Shown: one piece after another, positions 1 to 12,361 of the stretch
Layout of the letters: each line of letters starts with the position of its first letter
Numbering within the stretch: the stretch's first letter is position 1
Assembly: GCA_964187785.1 (NCBI GenBank)
Contig: OZ076409.1
Coordinates: 96,846,001 to 96,910,000 of the forward strand
DNA: 64,000 bases
Reading direction: 5' to 3'
From: Amphiscolops sp. MND2022
Lineage: Eukaryota
The notes under the pieces: model-generated
The model's database searches: none
What the model was told of the DNA's origin: nothing
What the model saw: the letters and a program-made list of their open reading frames with translations, nothing else
Position numbers and translations under genes: made by a program

Positions 1-226
1 TGGAGCTGAAAAATCCCGAAAGAGCCTCTGCTTTATCAGTGTCTGTCATTGCACAAGTTCCGTCTTTAAGATTGAGGATAGGTATTGTTTCAGTTAGTTT
101 CAGTTTACTATTTACATGGTTCCAGAAAACCTTCGAGTTAGACTTGACTTTGCTAGCGATTGCTTCTTCATGCTTCAAAGCATTGGTCCTTGTGATCTTC
201 CTGACTTTATTCCTCACTTTACAGTA
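1..226 (-). mobile_element. 5'-truncated CR1-like LINE ORF2 fragment (linker between endonuclease and RT), runs off the window start
   Basis: Manual minus-strand translation YCKVRNKVRKITRTNALKHEEAIASKVKSNSKVFWNHVNSKLK...DGTCAMTDTDKAEALSGFFSS matches the CR1-type 'RN.V..R..K.N.K.FW..V..K...D..KAE.L..FF.S' pattern; absent from the ORF track because there is no stop in the window. Confidence 0.8.
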
Positions 227-1227
227 GTGTTCGTAGGCGTATTGTGTTCGGGCGGTGGGCGTTTGGATCGAATGATTTTGCGCGAATATGCAATCTGTCA
301 CTGAGATCGAAGTAAAATGGTCAAAGAAAATGAGATCGAATCCATGTTTTCAAATACCTAGCGTTTTCAAATAACAATGTTTTTGGCCGTCGGATATGCC
401 CCCCATTTCCTCTAATGCCCCGCGGCCCCTGGGGGCCGCTTATGTTCCCATCTTGCTAAGCGAGGTCGAACAGGAGCAAAGACCTAGCGGGAACGGAGAT
501 CGCGAAGCGATCGTAGTGGGCGCTGGTCCATGCGACGGTGAGGGCGAGTGTGCATACACCGTATATGATGCCATATTAGGTGGGGAAAACTACCTAAACA
601 ATTTTAAACGCTTTTAAACACTTTACAGGAGCAAAAACCTTGCAAAACCGGAAAAATTCGATCTCAAAACCTTCGATCCATAATCGATCTCGCTTTTCGC
701 TCACACAAAAATTCGATCCAAAAATACCCCACCTTGTGTTCGATCTTTACAAAAGATTTTGTAGCTTTTCTCTTTCTCTAGCATTGTTTGTAATAACTTC
801 ACACCAATATTGGTGTTCGGTTGTGTCTGTTTTGTCGAATTTTCATTTTTGGTACATGGTTCTCTGTGGCTTCATTCATCATATCCTTGAAAAAATTCCT
901 TTGCCTATTCACCTGTCGGTACCGTTTTTTGAGGTATCAGCAACTTGATCAGTACGATCTGAGAAATTCCAGAGAACGAAAATTGACTGTCAGAATCACG
1001 AACAATACCTTTGGAAAACGATGATTCTGGGTATCAGGTGCTGAATTATGGAATTCACTACCATATGATCTTATATTGAGCCCTTCATATGACACTTTCA
1101 AGCACGATTAAAGACATACCTATTCTGAACGCTTTGAGTGTTGAAAAAGCGTCATTCACAACTTTACCTTGATACCCGGGAAACACATCCAAAGAGTCCC
1201 CCCCCTTTGGTTTTTTTAAACGTAACC

Positions 1228-1427
1228 NNNNNNNNNNNNNNNNNNNNNNNNNNNNNNNNNNNNNNNNNNNNNNNNNNNNNNNNNNNNNNNNNNNNNNNNN
1301 NNNNNNNNNNNNNNNNNNNNNNNNNNNNNNNNNNNNNNNNNNNNNNNNNNNNNNNNNNNNNNNNNNNNNNNNNNNNNNNNNNNNNNNNNNNNNNNNNNNN
1401 NNNNNNNNNNNNNNNNNNNNNNNNNNN
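1228..1427. other. Assembly gap (200 N)
   Basis: Run of N. Confidence 1.
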
Positions 1428-1429
1428 CG

Positions 1430-1536
<107 letters not shown>

Positions 1537-2237
1537 CCTTTGTACAGAGCAACGTTGTAACCTAAAGATTTTTCTCGAAACCATTCAAGATTTGCTCTTA
1601 CTTCAGTAATTTTCTTTCGATAAACCTAGGGATTTTCTCGAAAACATAAAAATTTGCAAATGCACGTTTGCTTCTCCATAATTCAATGAAAATTCAGTTT
1701 CTTTGTCAACCTGCTCAATATTATTTTTCCCAGATTTGGTTCAAAAACAATGCGAAATTTTGATGAAAGTTGCTATATTATAATTGGAACTTGTGAATTG
1801 TAGAGATAATAATAAAACTGAGCCCTCAAGAATTTCTTCACATTTTTCATTCTCAATATACTTGTCTATTTATCCTCATTGATTCATTTCGGATGATTGA
1901 CAGATGTAATGAAATGGTAAGCTTCGAAGCGCTTTTATTGTATTGTATACCACGGCTCTTCGGCTGCAAGCGATTTGCACCATCAAATTGAAGAATCTAA
2001 AAATCAATAGCTCGAAAAGCTTTTATTGGCTTCTTGAAAAGTTTGCATTTCTTTTTCCCCCGAGCATCAAGAAAAGAAGTGCCATTTATGATTAGCGCAT
2101 TCAGCAAAATAAATTCGAGTATAATCAGAAAGCTTTTTGAAACGGGAAGTTCATCCAAATTCGTTTTTTTTAAAAAAAAAACGCTGACGGCATGATGCCA
2201 CAAAATACTTTGCAATTATTTTCACTTCTAAATTAAG

Positions 2238-3448
2238 AACAAGACGGGAACGTCTAAAGTCGGCGCTATATCTAAGGCTTAAAAAGCGCAAAGTTTTTTA
2301 AATATGCCCAGGACGTATTCATGAAAAGCTTTGAAAACAGTTTCGAGACACCCAAAGTGTGCTTTTCATGCTCGATATGACTGGGCAATCACTTTTTCCC
2401 CGACTGGGAACAAAATGTTTTTTGACACAACTTCGTATTTTTTTCGAAAAATGTCGCATAGTGCCGAAAAATGAAGAAGGGGGACCCTTTGGGATTCATT
2501 AACATACATTCTGTTGCAAAATATCAAAAAAATTCGAAAGGAGGACTCTTTTGAGACATTCAAAAATTTTCGATAAAAATTTCGCACAGTGCCGAAAAAA
2601 ATTGAAAGGAGGACCCTTTGGTCTCTTCCGGTTTTGTAGGTTACGTAAAAAAAGGTAAAAAATGAAAGGGGGAGCCTTTGCACTAAGTTTGCATTGGACG
2701 GACTTGGCCTGAGTAGTCTTATCAGTTTCTGTAAAAAGTGGTACATACACGATGAGGTCTGTGGTCTGACGAAAAAAAAGAAAACAAGACGGGAACGTCT
2801 AAAGTCGGCGCTATATCTAAGGCTCAAAAAGCTCAGTTTTCTAAATATGCCCAGGATGTATTCATGAAAAGCTTTGAAAACACTTTCGAGACACCCAAAG
2901 TGTGCCTTTCATGCTCGATATGACTGGAAACAAAAAAATTTTTGAAAATTTTTTTGAAAAATTTTTTTGAAATTTTTTTTTGAAAAAAACTTCGAAAACG
3001 TCGCATAGTGCCGAAAAATGAAAAGGGGGGACCCTTTGGGATTCATTAACATACTTTCTGTTGCAAAATATCAAAAAATCCGAAGGGGGGACTCTTTTGA
3101 AAAATTAAAAATTTTCGAAAAAAAATTCGCACAGTGCCGAAAAAAAATTGAAAGGGGGGACCCTTTGGAGTCTTCCGGTTTTGTAGGTTACGTAAAAAAG
3201 GTAAAAAACGAAAGGGGGGACCCTTTGCAGTAAGTTTGCATTGGTGGAACTTGGCCTGAGTGAACTTATCAGTTTCTGTAAAAAGTGGTACATACGCGAT
3301 GAGCTCTGTGGTCTGACGAAAAAAAAAAGAAAAAAAAAACTAGCCACTGTAATAGTCGGGCTTTTTTCCTTAAAGGAAAATGCGCCGACTAAAAAACTAG
3401 CCACTGTAATAGTCGGGCTCTTTTCACTAGAAAAGCGCCGACTAAAAA
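2238..3448 (-). mobile_element. Two tandem copies (2238-2782 truncated, 2783-3448) of HINE/DINE-1-like non-autonomous Helentron family A
   Basis: Read on minus: 5' T-run + subterminal IR TAGTCGGCGC with nearby partner CCCGACTA; 3' GCGCCGACT followed by AGACG-TTCC-CGTCT hairpin and TGTT; no TSD; the hairpin-bearing end at 3339-3448 is duplicated. Confidence 0.7.
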
Positions 3449-4161
3449 TAAATATACTATTTTTTCGATCGCTGACCGCTTATTTAAAAGGGGCATTGCA
3501 AAGCATTCATGAATCATGCAAATTATCAATGAATATGTCAACTCTGAAAGAGATTAATAGAACTTGGTAAAGAAATTCATGGAGTGTTTCCATTCGTGGA
3601 AAACAGGAAAACAATCTATCTTGTTCCATCGGATGAATAGGCAAAAAGGTCGTCTAAAACATCTGCCGGTAATCTATCCCATTCTTGAATGATGTTTGTC
3701 ACTGTGAAAACTGAAAAACTGGGCTTTAGCTTGTTGAACTAATAGCACTGCTAGCTATAGATGAATATATTCACTCAACAATGAAATTAGATCAATTGTG
3801 CTTTTAACACAATGCTAATAGAAAATATCCAAGTATTTTTTCGTATCAAATTATGTACCATATAATTATTTTTTAATGCGTTCACATCAATTGCGGATAA
3901 ATTTGAGTAAAATAATGATTAAAACGAACTAAATTCCCTTTGAATATAATGATTGATGCTAGATTTTTCAAGCCAAATAGTCTGGTTAAAGGTCTCTGTG
4001 GATTTTCATTCACCAGAAGTTTTTTTCTGGACTCCGCAAGGACTCCAAATGAGCTATTTTTTTTGAAAATTCGGCGACTTTTCCGAACACCACCCCATGT
4101 GAAACCATATATGGTAAAACATTCGCAGCCAAGTGATCAAGCAATGATCGGCTTGAAACAG

Positions 4162-7100
4162 TGGTTTCAAAGTGACTTGCTCAATGACAAAAGGTATGTT
4201 GCTCTTGGTTGTTTCCGAATTGGTTTTCTCTGCTAATTGCAATATTTTTGTCTTGACCAAACCACTTTTCAAATTGATTTTTTAAATTGAGTTTTTTTAA
4301 AAAAAGGAAGAGTTTTTTTCAAAACAATATTTCCACCCCCTGTGAAACGTGCCATAACTCAGGGGGAGCATTTGCTTACGTCACGATCAGCTTCGCCATG
4401 TTCTTCTGCATTGCGACCGACCGACTGGTGGCTGTGATGAAACCGTACGACTACAAACTCATCATGACTCCCTTCAGGTTAGAATTCCTTTTAGAATTTT
4501 TCAGAAATTCTCAACGGCGTGGACAAGAATTAGAAAATGTCAATTGCAATTTATTTAATATTCAAAATTGACACAATAAATTAATTGGAATTTTCGAAAA
4601 ACTCCAATTTAATTGACCAATTAATTGGCAATTAATTTCTATAAAAAACATTTTTTAAAACTTTATTCATAACATACAGTATGGTTCCAAAATGTTGAAT
4701 ACGGCTTTCAAAGCTGAAGAAATTTTCAAAAATTTTCTTTGCTAACAAAAATGCGTGAAATCATTTCACTTGTTTCAACGTTAAAACATAGTCGGAAATG
4801 CCAGCACCATTAGATTCTTTTATTGCTTGTCAAATTATTACGTTGAAAAAAGAAGGATTTTCGTATCAGAAAATTGCAGATGAATTAGGTTTGAAAGCCA
4901 AGTCAACAGCCCAATCAGTTTTTAGGCGTTACAACAAAAACAAAAGTTATTTACCAAACAAATCCACTCGTCGTCCTCCAAAGTTATCGGAAAAAACCCA
5001 AAGACAATTGGACAAAGATGTTCTCAAAGATCCCAAAACAACTCTCGAGAGAATTCGGGTTAAATACAATTCCTTTTCGACCAACGAATCAATTTCGAGA
5101 ACAACTGTGAGAAGAATATTGAGAAAACATGGCGTTTTTAGCATGTTGCGGCCAAAAAGATCAGCATCAAAAAAACGTCTGCTGCTTTTCGGAAAAATGG
5201 TCACAATAAATGATTAAAAAATTAGCTGAATATTAGTATTCTGTAGTGTTCACTGATGAAACACGAGTGAAGCTCACAAGTGACGGAATTGTTCGTGTTT
5301 TTCGCAAAAAAACACTCGTTATGCGCAAAAAAAACGTCAAAAATGTGACAACTGACAGACGATCGCTGATGGGGCTGCAATTCTATCGATGGCCGGAAAA
5401 TGTTGGTTAAATGCCCCAATACCCTAACAAGCAGCTGTTATCTTGATATACTGAAAGATTACAACGGAAAAATTGCATTTTCCGGGCTTAGTTTTTCAAC
5501 AAGACAACGCGCCCACTCATAAAGCTTCAATTATCAAGAATTTTTTCCGCGAAAATGAATGGGAAGTTTCTGGATTGACTGACCATACAGCCCTGATCTG
5601 AACACTATTGAGAACCTTCGGGCAATTGTGAAGAAAAGATTGGCAAAACAAAGTGTTTCATGGGGGAATTTAGAGTAAAAAGTGCAAGAAATTAAGAATT
5701 CGATAGAGTTAGTGACTGTTCAAAAACTTTATGACAGCATTTTCCCGAGCGCCTAGAAGCAGTTGCTTCTAGTAATGGATTGTTGCTTTGATATGATTTC
5801 CTTGTCTTATGTTTAGTTCATGTTGAACTTTCCGTTTTTTAAAAACAGGTTTGCCGTATTCAACATTTTGGAACCATACTGTATCACAATCAGAAATGAT
5901 ATTTTGAACAACTTCTTTTTATCCCAAAATCGCTCATTTATTTTGAATAACAATTGGGCTTCATAGTTTTTGGGCGACACTCGTAAGAAATTAGCAGCTG
6001 GAGTTACGATGTTATTTGCCAAGTATGCATTAAATTCATTTAGCTTTCCCAGCTATGCATGTTTGGCTATACAAATATGCCCGAGAAATATGCTTAGAAT
6101 GTGCATTTCTTTGATTTTCGTTGCCTTTTCTTTCAATCAATTACCTGATCTCTCAAAATTACCCAATAAATCAAATTTCATTGAAAAATTGCAATTTATT
6201 GGTCCTGAATCATAATGTTCCATGCCATGGGCGTGAATGAGATGCCATTTAGTTAGTTGACAAGAATCTAATTTCAGGGTGATCCTTTTCTTGAATCAAA
6301 TACTATCGATGTTTTCATTGTAGGATCTTTTCTGCTAATTCCCCCACACCACACAGTAAGCAGGAAAGTTTCAATTCCCCCAATATGAGCGACGAGTTTC
6401 AGTTAGAGTAATAAAATACTGCAAGTTGATTGGTTGTCACCATTGATTCAATGATTATTTCACTGGGGGATTAAATTCGTGGGAAGATTTACAGAAAAGA
6501 CCCTCATTGTATCCTAAATTGGAGAACACTTAAGCACGGAGAAAACAAAAAAAACATGAAAAAGGTCTAGTTCCTTCTAAAATTCTTCTAGCTTACAGCA
6601 TGCAAAAATCTGAATCGTTTTTTATGTCGCAAGACATAAGCATTTTACAGTGAAATGTCTTGGAATTTTTGACAAGAACCCTGTGACATGACCTTTTGAC
6701 ATTTGTGAATACCTTCATAGGAATCTTGGCCAGATTCTTATCAAGAGGGCCAAGAATATGTACAATCTTGTAAGATCTTGCCAAGAATTTCAAAAAGCTA
6801 ACAAATGTGAAGGAAAATAAACAAAAACAATCCCCAGCAGCTGCGGCTTGAACAGCGTCCCTATTATGCCGCAGACGTTCACGCTACAAAGCAAGATCTC
6901 GTATTCCGACTTTCGATACTTTGCGTTGCCCTATAACTAACCCTCCAACATAGTGATAATCTAGCTGGCAGTGCCAACAAAAGCGAAGTGAGTGAAAACA
7001 AAAAAATTTTCTTAAATCTTTCGATAAAGCTTCAATCAAGATTTCAATCAAAACATTCAAGCGTTTTGAGAGAAGCAAGAAAAAATAGGGCTTTGTTCAT

Positions 7101-10100
7101 GAATCTTATCAGGCTTTCAAGAGTGAACGGGATATCTTCCGCTAAAAATGAATCGCATCAGCACGGGTTCGAACCCACGGCCTCGTGTCTGCCAGGCAGA
7201 CGCCCCACCAACTTTGCCAGGGTGACTAAAATTTACTAAATGGAGTAATAAAGTGGAGTATTGGCAGCATTTGGAAAAAAAAACGCAACAGAGATTATGA
7301 TTTTCTTCCCCCATTTTATGTGGGCGGAAAACAACAAGCCATTTGGGGGCAAATCTCAAATTCCAAAATCTCAAAAACAACAATGAATTTTGAAATAATA
7401 CAAGAATAAAATTAACACTAGAAAAAAATGGGGAAAATACGAAGTTTTTCTCGCTTTTGACCTACTTTTGCCAAAAAATGTTCGACAAATTTCATGCTCA
7501 ATAGACCCCCTGATTTTACCGTATGTTTCGATTTTGCTATCTTTCTGAAATTGTAGGAAAAACAAGCCCTATAAAATGGTAATTTCAAAATTGCATGCAT
7601 CAAGATACGAGCTCAAATTCAACTAATCAACCCAAGCTCGTAGTAATACAATTTACTCGTAGTAATCCAAGAAAAAATTGTTTTCTCAGATTCAATTTGT
7701 TCAGGACGATTTCAATATCAAAAATACTTTGAAGTCAAATAAGTTTAAATGGGTCAGAAGTTCAAAAATTTCAAAAATGTGTTTTGTGATTATTTTTTCT
7801 TGAAACAAATGAGCGCATGAGGAAAGTCGTACCAGTCAAAATCTTCTGGGGTAAATCTCCAAATTAGGGTATTGTGATTAGTTACTTTCATATACCGATA
7901 GTGCCCTAAATGTAGTAGCGAAGCGCAGTGGAGCGACGTGCCTCCACTTGTCCAGTGGTTGGATTTAACGAAAGCATACCAGGAGGGGCGCGAACTGCCC
8001 CGGAAGGAGGAGGGAGGAGCCAAGCCACGAGTTTTTTTTACCTTCATTGTCTTTGGAAGATTTTACCCCAAATGATTTCAATCCGTGAGACATTAACAGG
8101 AAATTTTAACGCATAATACTGTATCATTTTTCTTATGAGCACAATTCTAGCGACGATTCAGAAGACTCGAATAACATAGTTCTTTCACGTCAAATGTTGA
8201 AATCATTTCTCAGATTGAACGTCACAAAAAATCACAAGAGATGCTTTTCTGATTGCTTTTTATTACCTAATTGGTTCTCGATGTTTTCTAGTTCTTATCT
8301 TGAATTTAGTTGTTTCAAGGGTGTTGACCATTTCCGCTGACTCTTGGTGATTTTGGCAAGATTCCCAACGAAACATGGCATTTCCTGCAACATCTTGCAA
8401 GTTTCCGCCAGGAACTCAACCAAGATTCAGCCAGAATCCCGCATAACTCTGACAAGATCTTGACACAATCCCAATACGCCTGGCGCTGTTTGTATTTATT
8501 TGGAAAGTTTGCATTTTATTTCTGCCTTTCAAAGTTTTTGTCGAGGTGTTTTTCACGAGTTTTCACCATGTCTCTGACAAAATTCAGAAAAAAACTATTC
8601 TTTTCGTTCGGTGTGAATTTCAAGTCAGTGCTTTTTGTAATAGACTAATACAGTGATTAGTTTTGGTCGCTAGCATGTAGAACGTAATTGAATGATCTAG
8701 TTTTTACAGACGTGACGTTAAGTCAAAGATTTGAGAAACTTTTAAAGGATCCTTTTGACTGTATAACCAAATTGTCGAGTTTTTGTTGTTTTGTATTGTA
8801 AACTAATTGAATATGTTGTGATCATCACAACAGTTTACTGCATTAAACCAAATGAGTTTTTTCGGCATTGTGAAATTGTTTCAAGAACCGCATCTGAGTA
8901 TATCTGATGGAAATACGCTTTTTGAACCTTAAGCGTGATGTAAAGTTGAGACTTTGCTGTCACATTTTCGGCTATTTTACATAGAATAAAGATATATTTG
9001 TTTCCATTTCAAGAATATCTCTTGGTGCGATAAACGAACTTTCTTCTTCTAACAACAACCCATTTTCCCAACACTTCACCGAAACAGAGGTTAAATTACT
9101 AAAATGGAAAAAAATGCAAGTCTCAGATCTAGAAGCCAAAGTATTAAGCCAATTAAAATATTGTGACGTAAACAATCGAAAAATGAACATGAACCTTCGA
9201 AAACATTCATCATTGCTCTAGCCATTACGTAATCCTTTAAATGGATTCCTTTAAGCCTTCCGCACTGTTCTATGAGTTGGAACAGCTTGAAATTATTTGA
9301 TGGAAGACATGGGTTATTGTTTTATTGGTTTATCGTCTTATAAACCGTGCGTTAGTTGGATCAAAACAAAATTAAGTTGCAATTGCAGATGTTTGCTGGA
9401 GAATTAAAGCCGAATGTCACTTGGAAAGAACAGTCTCCTAGCAGATTTTCAAATAAATTCCAAGCTTACAGGGCCTTTTTTCCAAAGTGCAGTGACCTGC
9501 TGACAGGATTTTCTGAGATCTAGGGAAAGTTTTGAAACATTTTTCCATGCTCGCAGTCTGAATTTTCTAAGTTTTTCAAAAAATTACCCTGCATACAGGC
9601 CTGCAGCATGTAAAAAGTTTCAGAGGTGTCCATAGGGTGAGATAGAACCAATGAAAATCGGTTTGCAGAATTGGGCAAAGTGCATGAGAAAAATAACTAA
9701 ACAAAGTGCTAGATTATAGCTCTAAAGAGCTGAAAACTATATTTCCTTAATCATAGCTTGTTATATTACGATATCCAATCAAGATTTAAACATTGGAAAT
9801 TTCAAACACAGTACCCACGTTTGAAAATGAGATCATTCAAATAGCGTTTTTATCCAGCCGGATTGTGTTAAAAGTACTAGCGGAAACTTTTTTCTGGAAT
9901 CCGGCCGGATTTAAGACCGGACCCGATGTCCGGTACACCCATCAATGGAAGGTAAAAAAAGGTTGGGCGACAATACGCACCAAACGGCGATTCGTCCCAA
10001 TTTCCAAAAACGAAATTCGTCCCAAGCGACAATTCATCTCATTTGTTGAAAAATTCTTGAATTTATCAACTTTTTGCAGATTGAAATCGAAGAATTGAAC

Positions 10101-10795
10101 AACAGATTTACAAATGAATTATGCATATTAAGGAACTTGAAACACTGAAGAATGTGAAAGATTATCAAAATTGCCAAAATGAGGCCCTACTACTTGGTGT
10201 TAATTAATGGTACCTTTCTCTAAACGTAATATTTCCGAATTCAATATTGCAAAGGTATTGATTGGCAATTAAATTGGGAACGAATTGTCACCTTTTCAAA
10301 ATGGGTCGATTGGACGCTTCGGACGAATTGCCGCTTTTGGAATTTGGGACGAATCGCCGCTTGGGACGAATCATTACGATACATATGCCACAAAAGTGGA
10401 TAAGTGTACAGTAGTCACTTACTGTATTTTGATCACTAAGCGTAACGCCGAATCATGTAGTGTAACGAGCAAAACGCGTATCTAAATAATAACGCGTTTT
10501 TATTGGTTGTTAATCAAACTAGCAAGATCTTACTAGTTCGTTGCGGCATATGTATCGTAATGATTGTCGCTTTACGGGTGAAAGGTTTTTTGGAGTGAAG
10601 AAAAAGGCGATTGCTGATTTGATTGTTTCAGGGCGAAGGTGCTGAGCATTGTGTCCATTGTGTGTGGGCTCCTCGCATCTACCCCCATCAGTATCAGCTG
10701 CTTCACGGAGACCACTTCCGACGACCAAACCCACCTGAACATATTCATGCGCTGCTACTCGGCTATTGTCATCCTGCTCACCATTTTTCTCACAG
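4162..10795 (+). CDS. Partial class A (rhodopsin-like) GPCR; exons 4162-4193, 4363-4477, 10632-10795 (ECL1-TM3-TM4-TM5 start)
   Basis: GT-AG boundaries with compatible phases (1 then 2) give GFKVTCSMTKGGAFAYVTISFAMFFCIATDRLVAVMKPYDYKLIMTPFRAKVLSIVSIVCGLLASTPISISCF...IFMRCYSAIVILLTIFLT; the Cys lies exactly 25 residues before the Arg of the DRY-like DRL; remaining exons not located. Confidence 0.8.
4677..5881 (+). mobile_element. Tc1-family DNA transposon, full length, inside a GPCR intron
   Basis: Perfect 29-bp TIRs CAGTATGGTTCCAAAATGTTGAATACGGC (4677-4705, 5853-5881); TA on both sides. Confidence 0.95.
4798..5790 (+). pseudogene. Frameshifted Tc1 transposase
   Basis: HTH N-terminus (GFSYQKIADELG...RRPPKLS) open to 5217; downstream broken frames contain VVFTDE, FQQDNAPTH and PYSPDLNTIENL motifs; end approximate. 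Confidence 0.9.
6650..6885. repeat. Dispersed repeat rich in CTTGCCAAGA/CAAGATCTTG; homologous copy at ~21790-22010
   Basis: Colinear similarity between the two loci (gaatcttggc...tgcggcttga...ctattatg..gca..gttcac); boundaries approximate. Confidence 0.65.
7118..7337 (-). mobile_element. Short interspersed family B with internal tRNA-like A/B boxes
   Basis: Minus strand GGCAAAGTTGGTGGGGCGTCTGCCTGGCAGACACGAGGCCGTGGGTTCGAACCC; flanks shared with copies at 14703 and 17222. Confidence 0.65.
7847..8070. mobile_element. MITE-like element
   Basis: Inverted ends TGGGGTAAATCTCCAAA / TTTGGAAGATTTTACCCCA; core shared with 15350-15711 and 23561-23833. Confidence 0.55.
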
Positions 10796-11168
10796 GTCAG
10801 TAAGCCAGAATCACAACGTAGAAGCTGCGGCTTATTAAATGGAAAACGCAGCATGTTCATGCGCTGCTACTCGGCTATTGTCATCATGTGTACTATTTTC
10901 CTCACAGGTCAGTAACTTGGAATCAAACTTAAAAGCCGCGGCTTGTAAAAAGAAATCTCAACTTTTTCTGAGTTCACCTGGAAACTGGTGAACAAGAATT
11001 TGATCGTCAACATTCTACGGTTAAGTTGAAATCACTTGAATACAACTAAGTTCAACTTATAATTTGCTATTTATTTCACAATTTAGATGAGATCGGAAAA
11101 TTGTTTGTGACGACTGTGCGAAGTAAACTTTTTTTTCATCCGTTGCACATTTTAGCTCGCTGATTTTT

Positions 11169-11264
11169 AAAAAATTCACACATATTTGTTCTTTTTTTTT
11201 GCAAATGATGCAAAACTTATTGCATCATTTGCAAAAAAAAGAACAAATATGCGTGAATTTTTTT
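11169..11264. repeat. Near-perfect inverted repeat (~45-bp arms, ~6-nt loop)
   Basis: aaaattcacacatatttgttct(n)gcaaatgatgcaa-aactta-ttgcatcatttgca(n)gaacaaatatgcgtgaatttt. Confidence 0.9.
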
Positions 11265-11986
11265 TACTTATAGATCCTGGTTAACCCTATTTCTAGTCTA
11301 GTGGCCGTCCAAACCTTGCCAAATTCTAAGTGCAGTTTTGCGGTCATGGATCCTATGGCAAGAATTTTAGTTAGATCTTCTTGAAAAAGTCATAAAAGCG
11401 ATATCAATTTTTACGAAGATCAACAAAATTCAAGATTTTGAAGTTTCAAGAGTTTCTAGGAAAAGTTTCTAGTTTTTTTAAAGCTTTCATGGTCTTTTTG
11501 GCCCTTTCAGCTTACATATTGATTTTTGTAAAAAAGACAAAGCAGGCAAAGTTTACAAAAAATGTTTTGAGGTAAACTTATCTTCTTTTCTTATGATTGG
11601 TCCAAGATCTCGCTAAGATGTTGGCAGGATATCGTTGGAGGATCAACCCGTGGAACCGTTACACTCTTCAAATTATAACTGAAGTCAAGTTATGCTGTGC
11701 TTTTTCCTTATTAAATTCAACTTCTCATTTTTTTCGTGGATCGTTGCTTCAATCGAACAATGATTGTATTTTCCGTTATATTCAGGAACAATCAAATGAA
11801 AAATTAAACTTCGTGTCAACCAGAGCTAACAAAATCATCGCGAAAAGGCCCCTGAATTTTTGAAAACATCATTTTCTATAAATTCTACGAGTCTAAACGG
11901 CCCTTTCTTTTGGGTTTTTTGACAGTATGCAGTTTTTTTAACTTACTTTTCACCAATTTGGGTGTTTTTGATGTTTCAGGTAGAAA

Positions 11987-12361
11987 GAAAGAAAGAAGTT
12001 TATTTAACTGGATAGCATGAAACAAAATAATACAAATAATTATCTATCATTCAAATTATCCAGTTAGGACACCAGATGAGCATAATTGCTCTTCGAGCTA
12101 GTGCCCTTTTTGCATATAAGAGAAGCACCAACTTGCATGCTATCTTGCTCGGTTAAATGTTTTAGGCACAAAAATAGAGACAAAAAAGTTCTTTATTGTC
12201 AGTGATGTATACGTCGTTAACAAGTTTTAGATGTTTTTTCAATTGCTCTTGACTCAAATTTAGCAAGTTAGGGGGTATTAGGTTCAATTCAGTCAACCAA
12301 TTATAAGCTTTCATTAATGAATTTGCTAAACATTTTTTCTTGACTACAGTTCGAGACACAC
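11987..12361 (-). mobile_element. 5'-truncated LINE 3' end with (TTTC)n tail and 20-bp TSD
   Basis: TTTGATGTTTCAGGTAGAAA at 11967-11986 and 12362-12381; 65-aa ORF remnant 12162-12359; short 3' UTR with AATAAA before the tail on minus. Confidence 0.75.
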
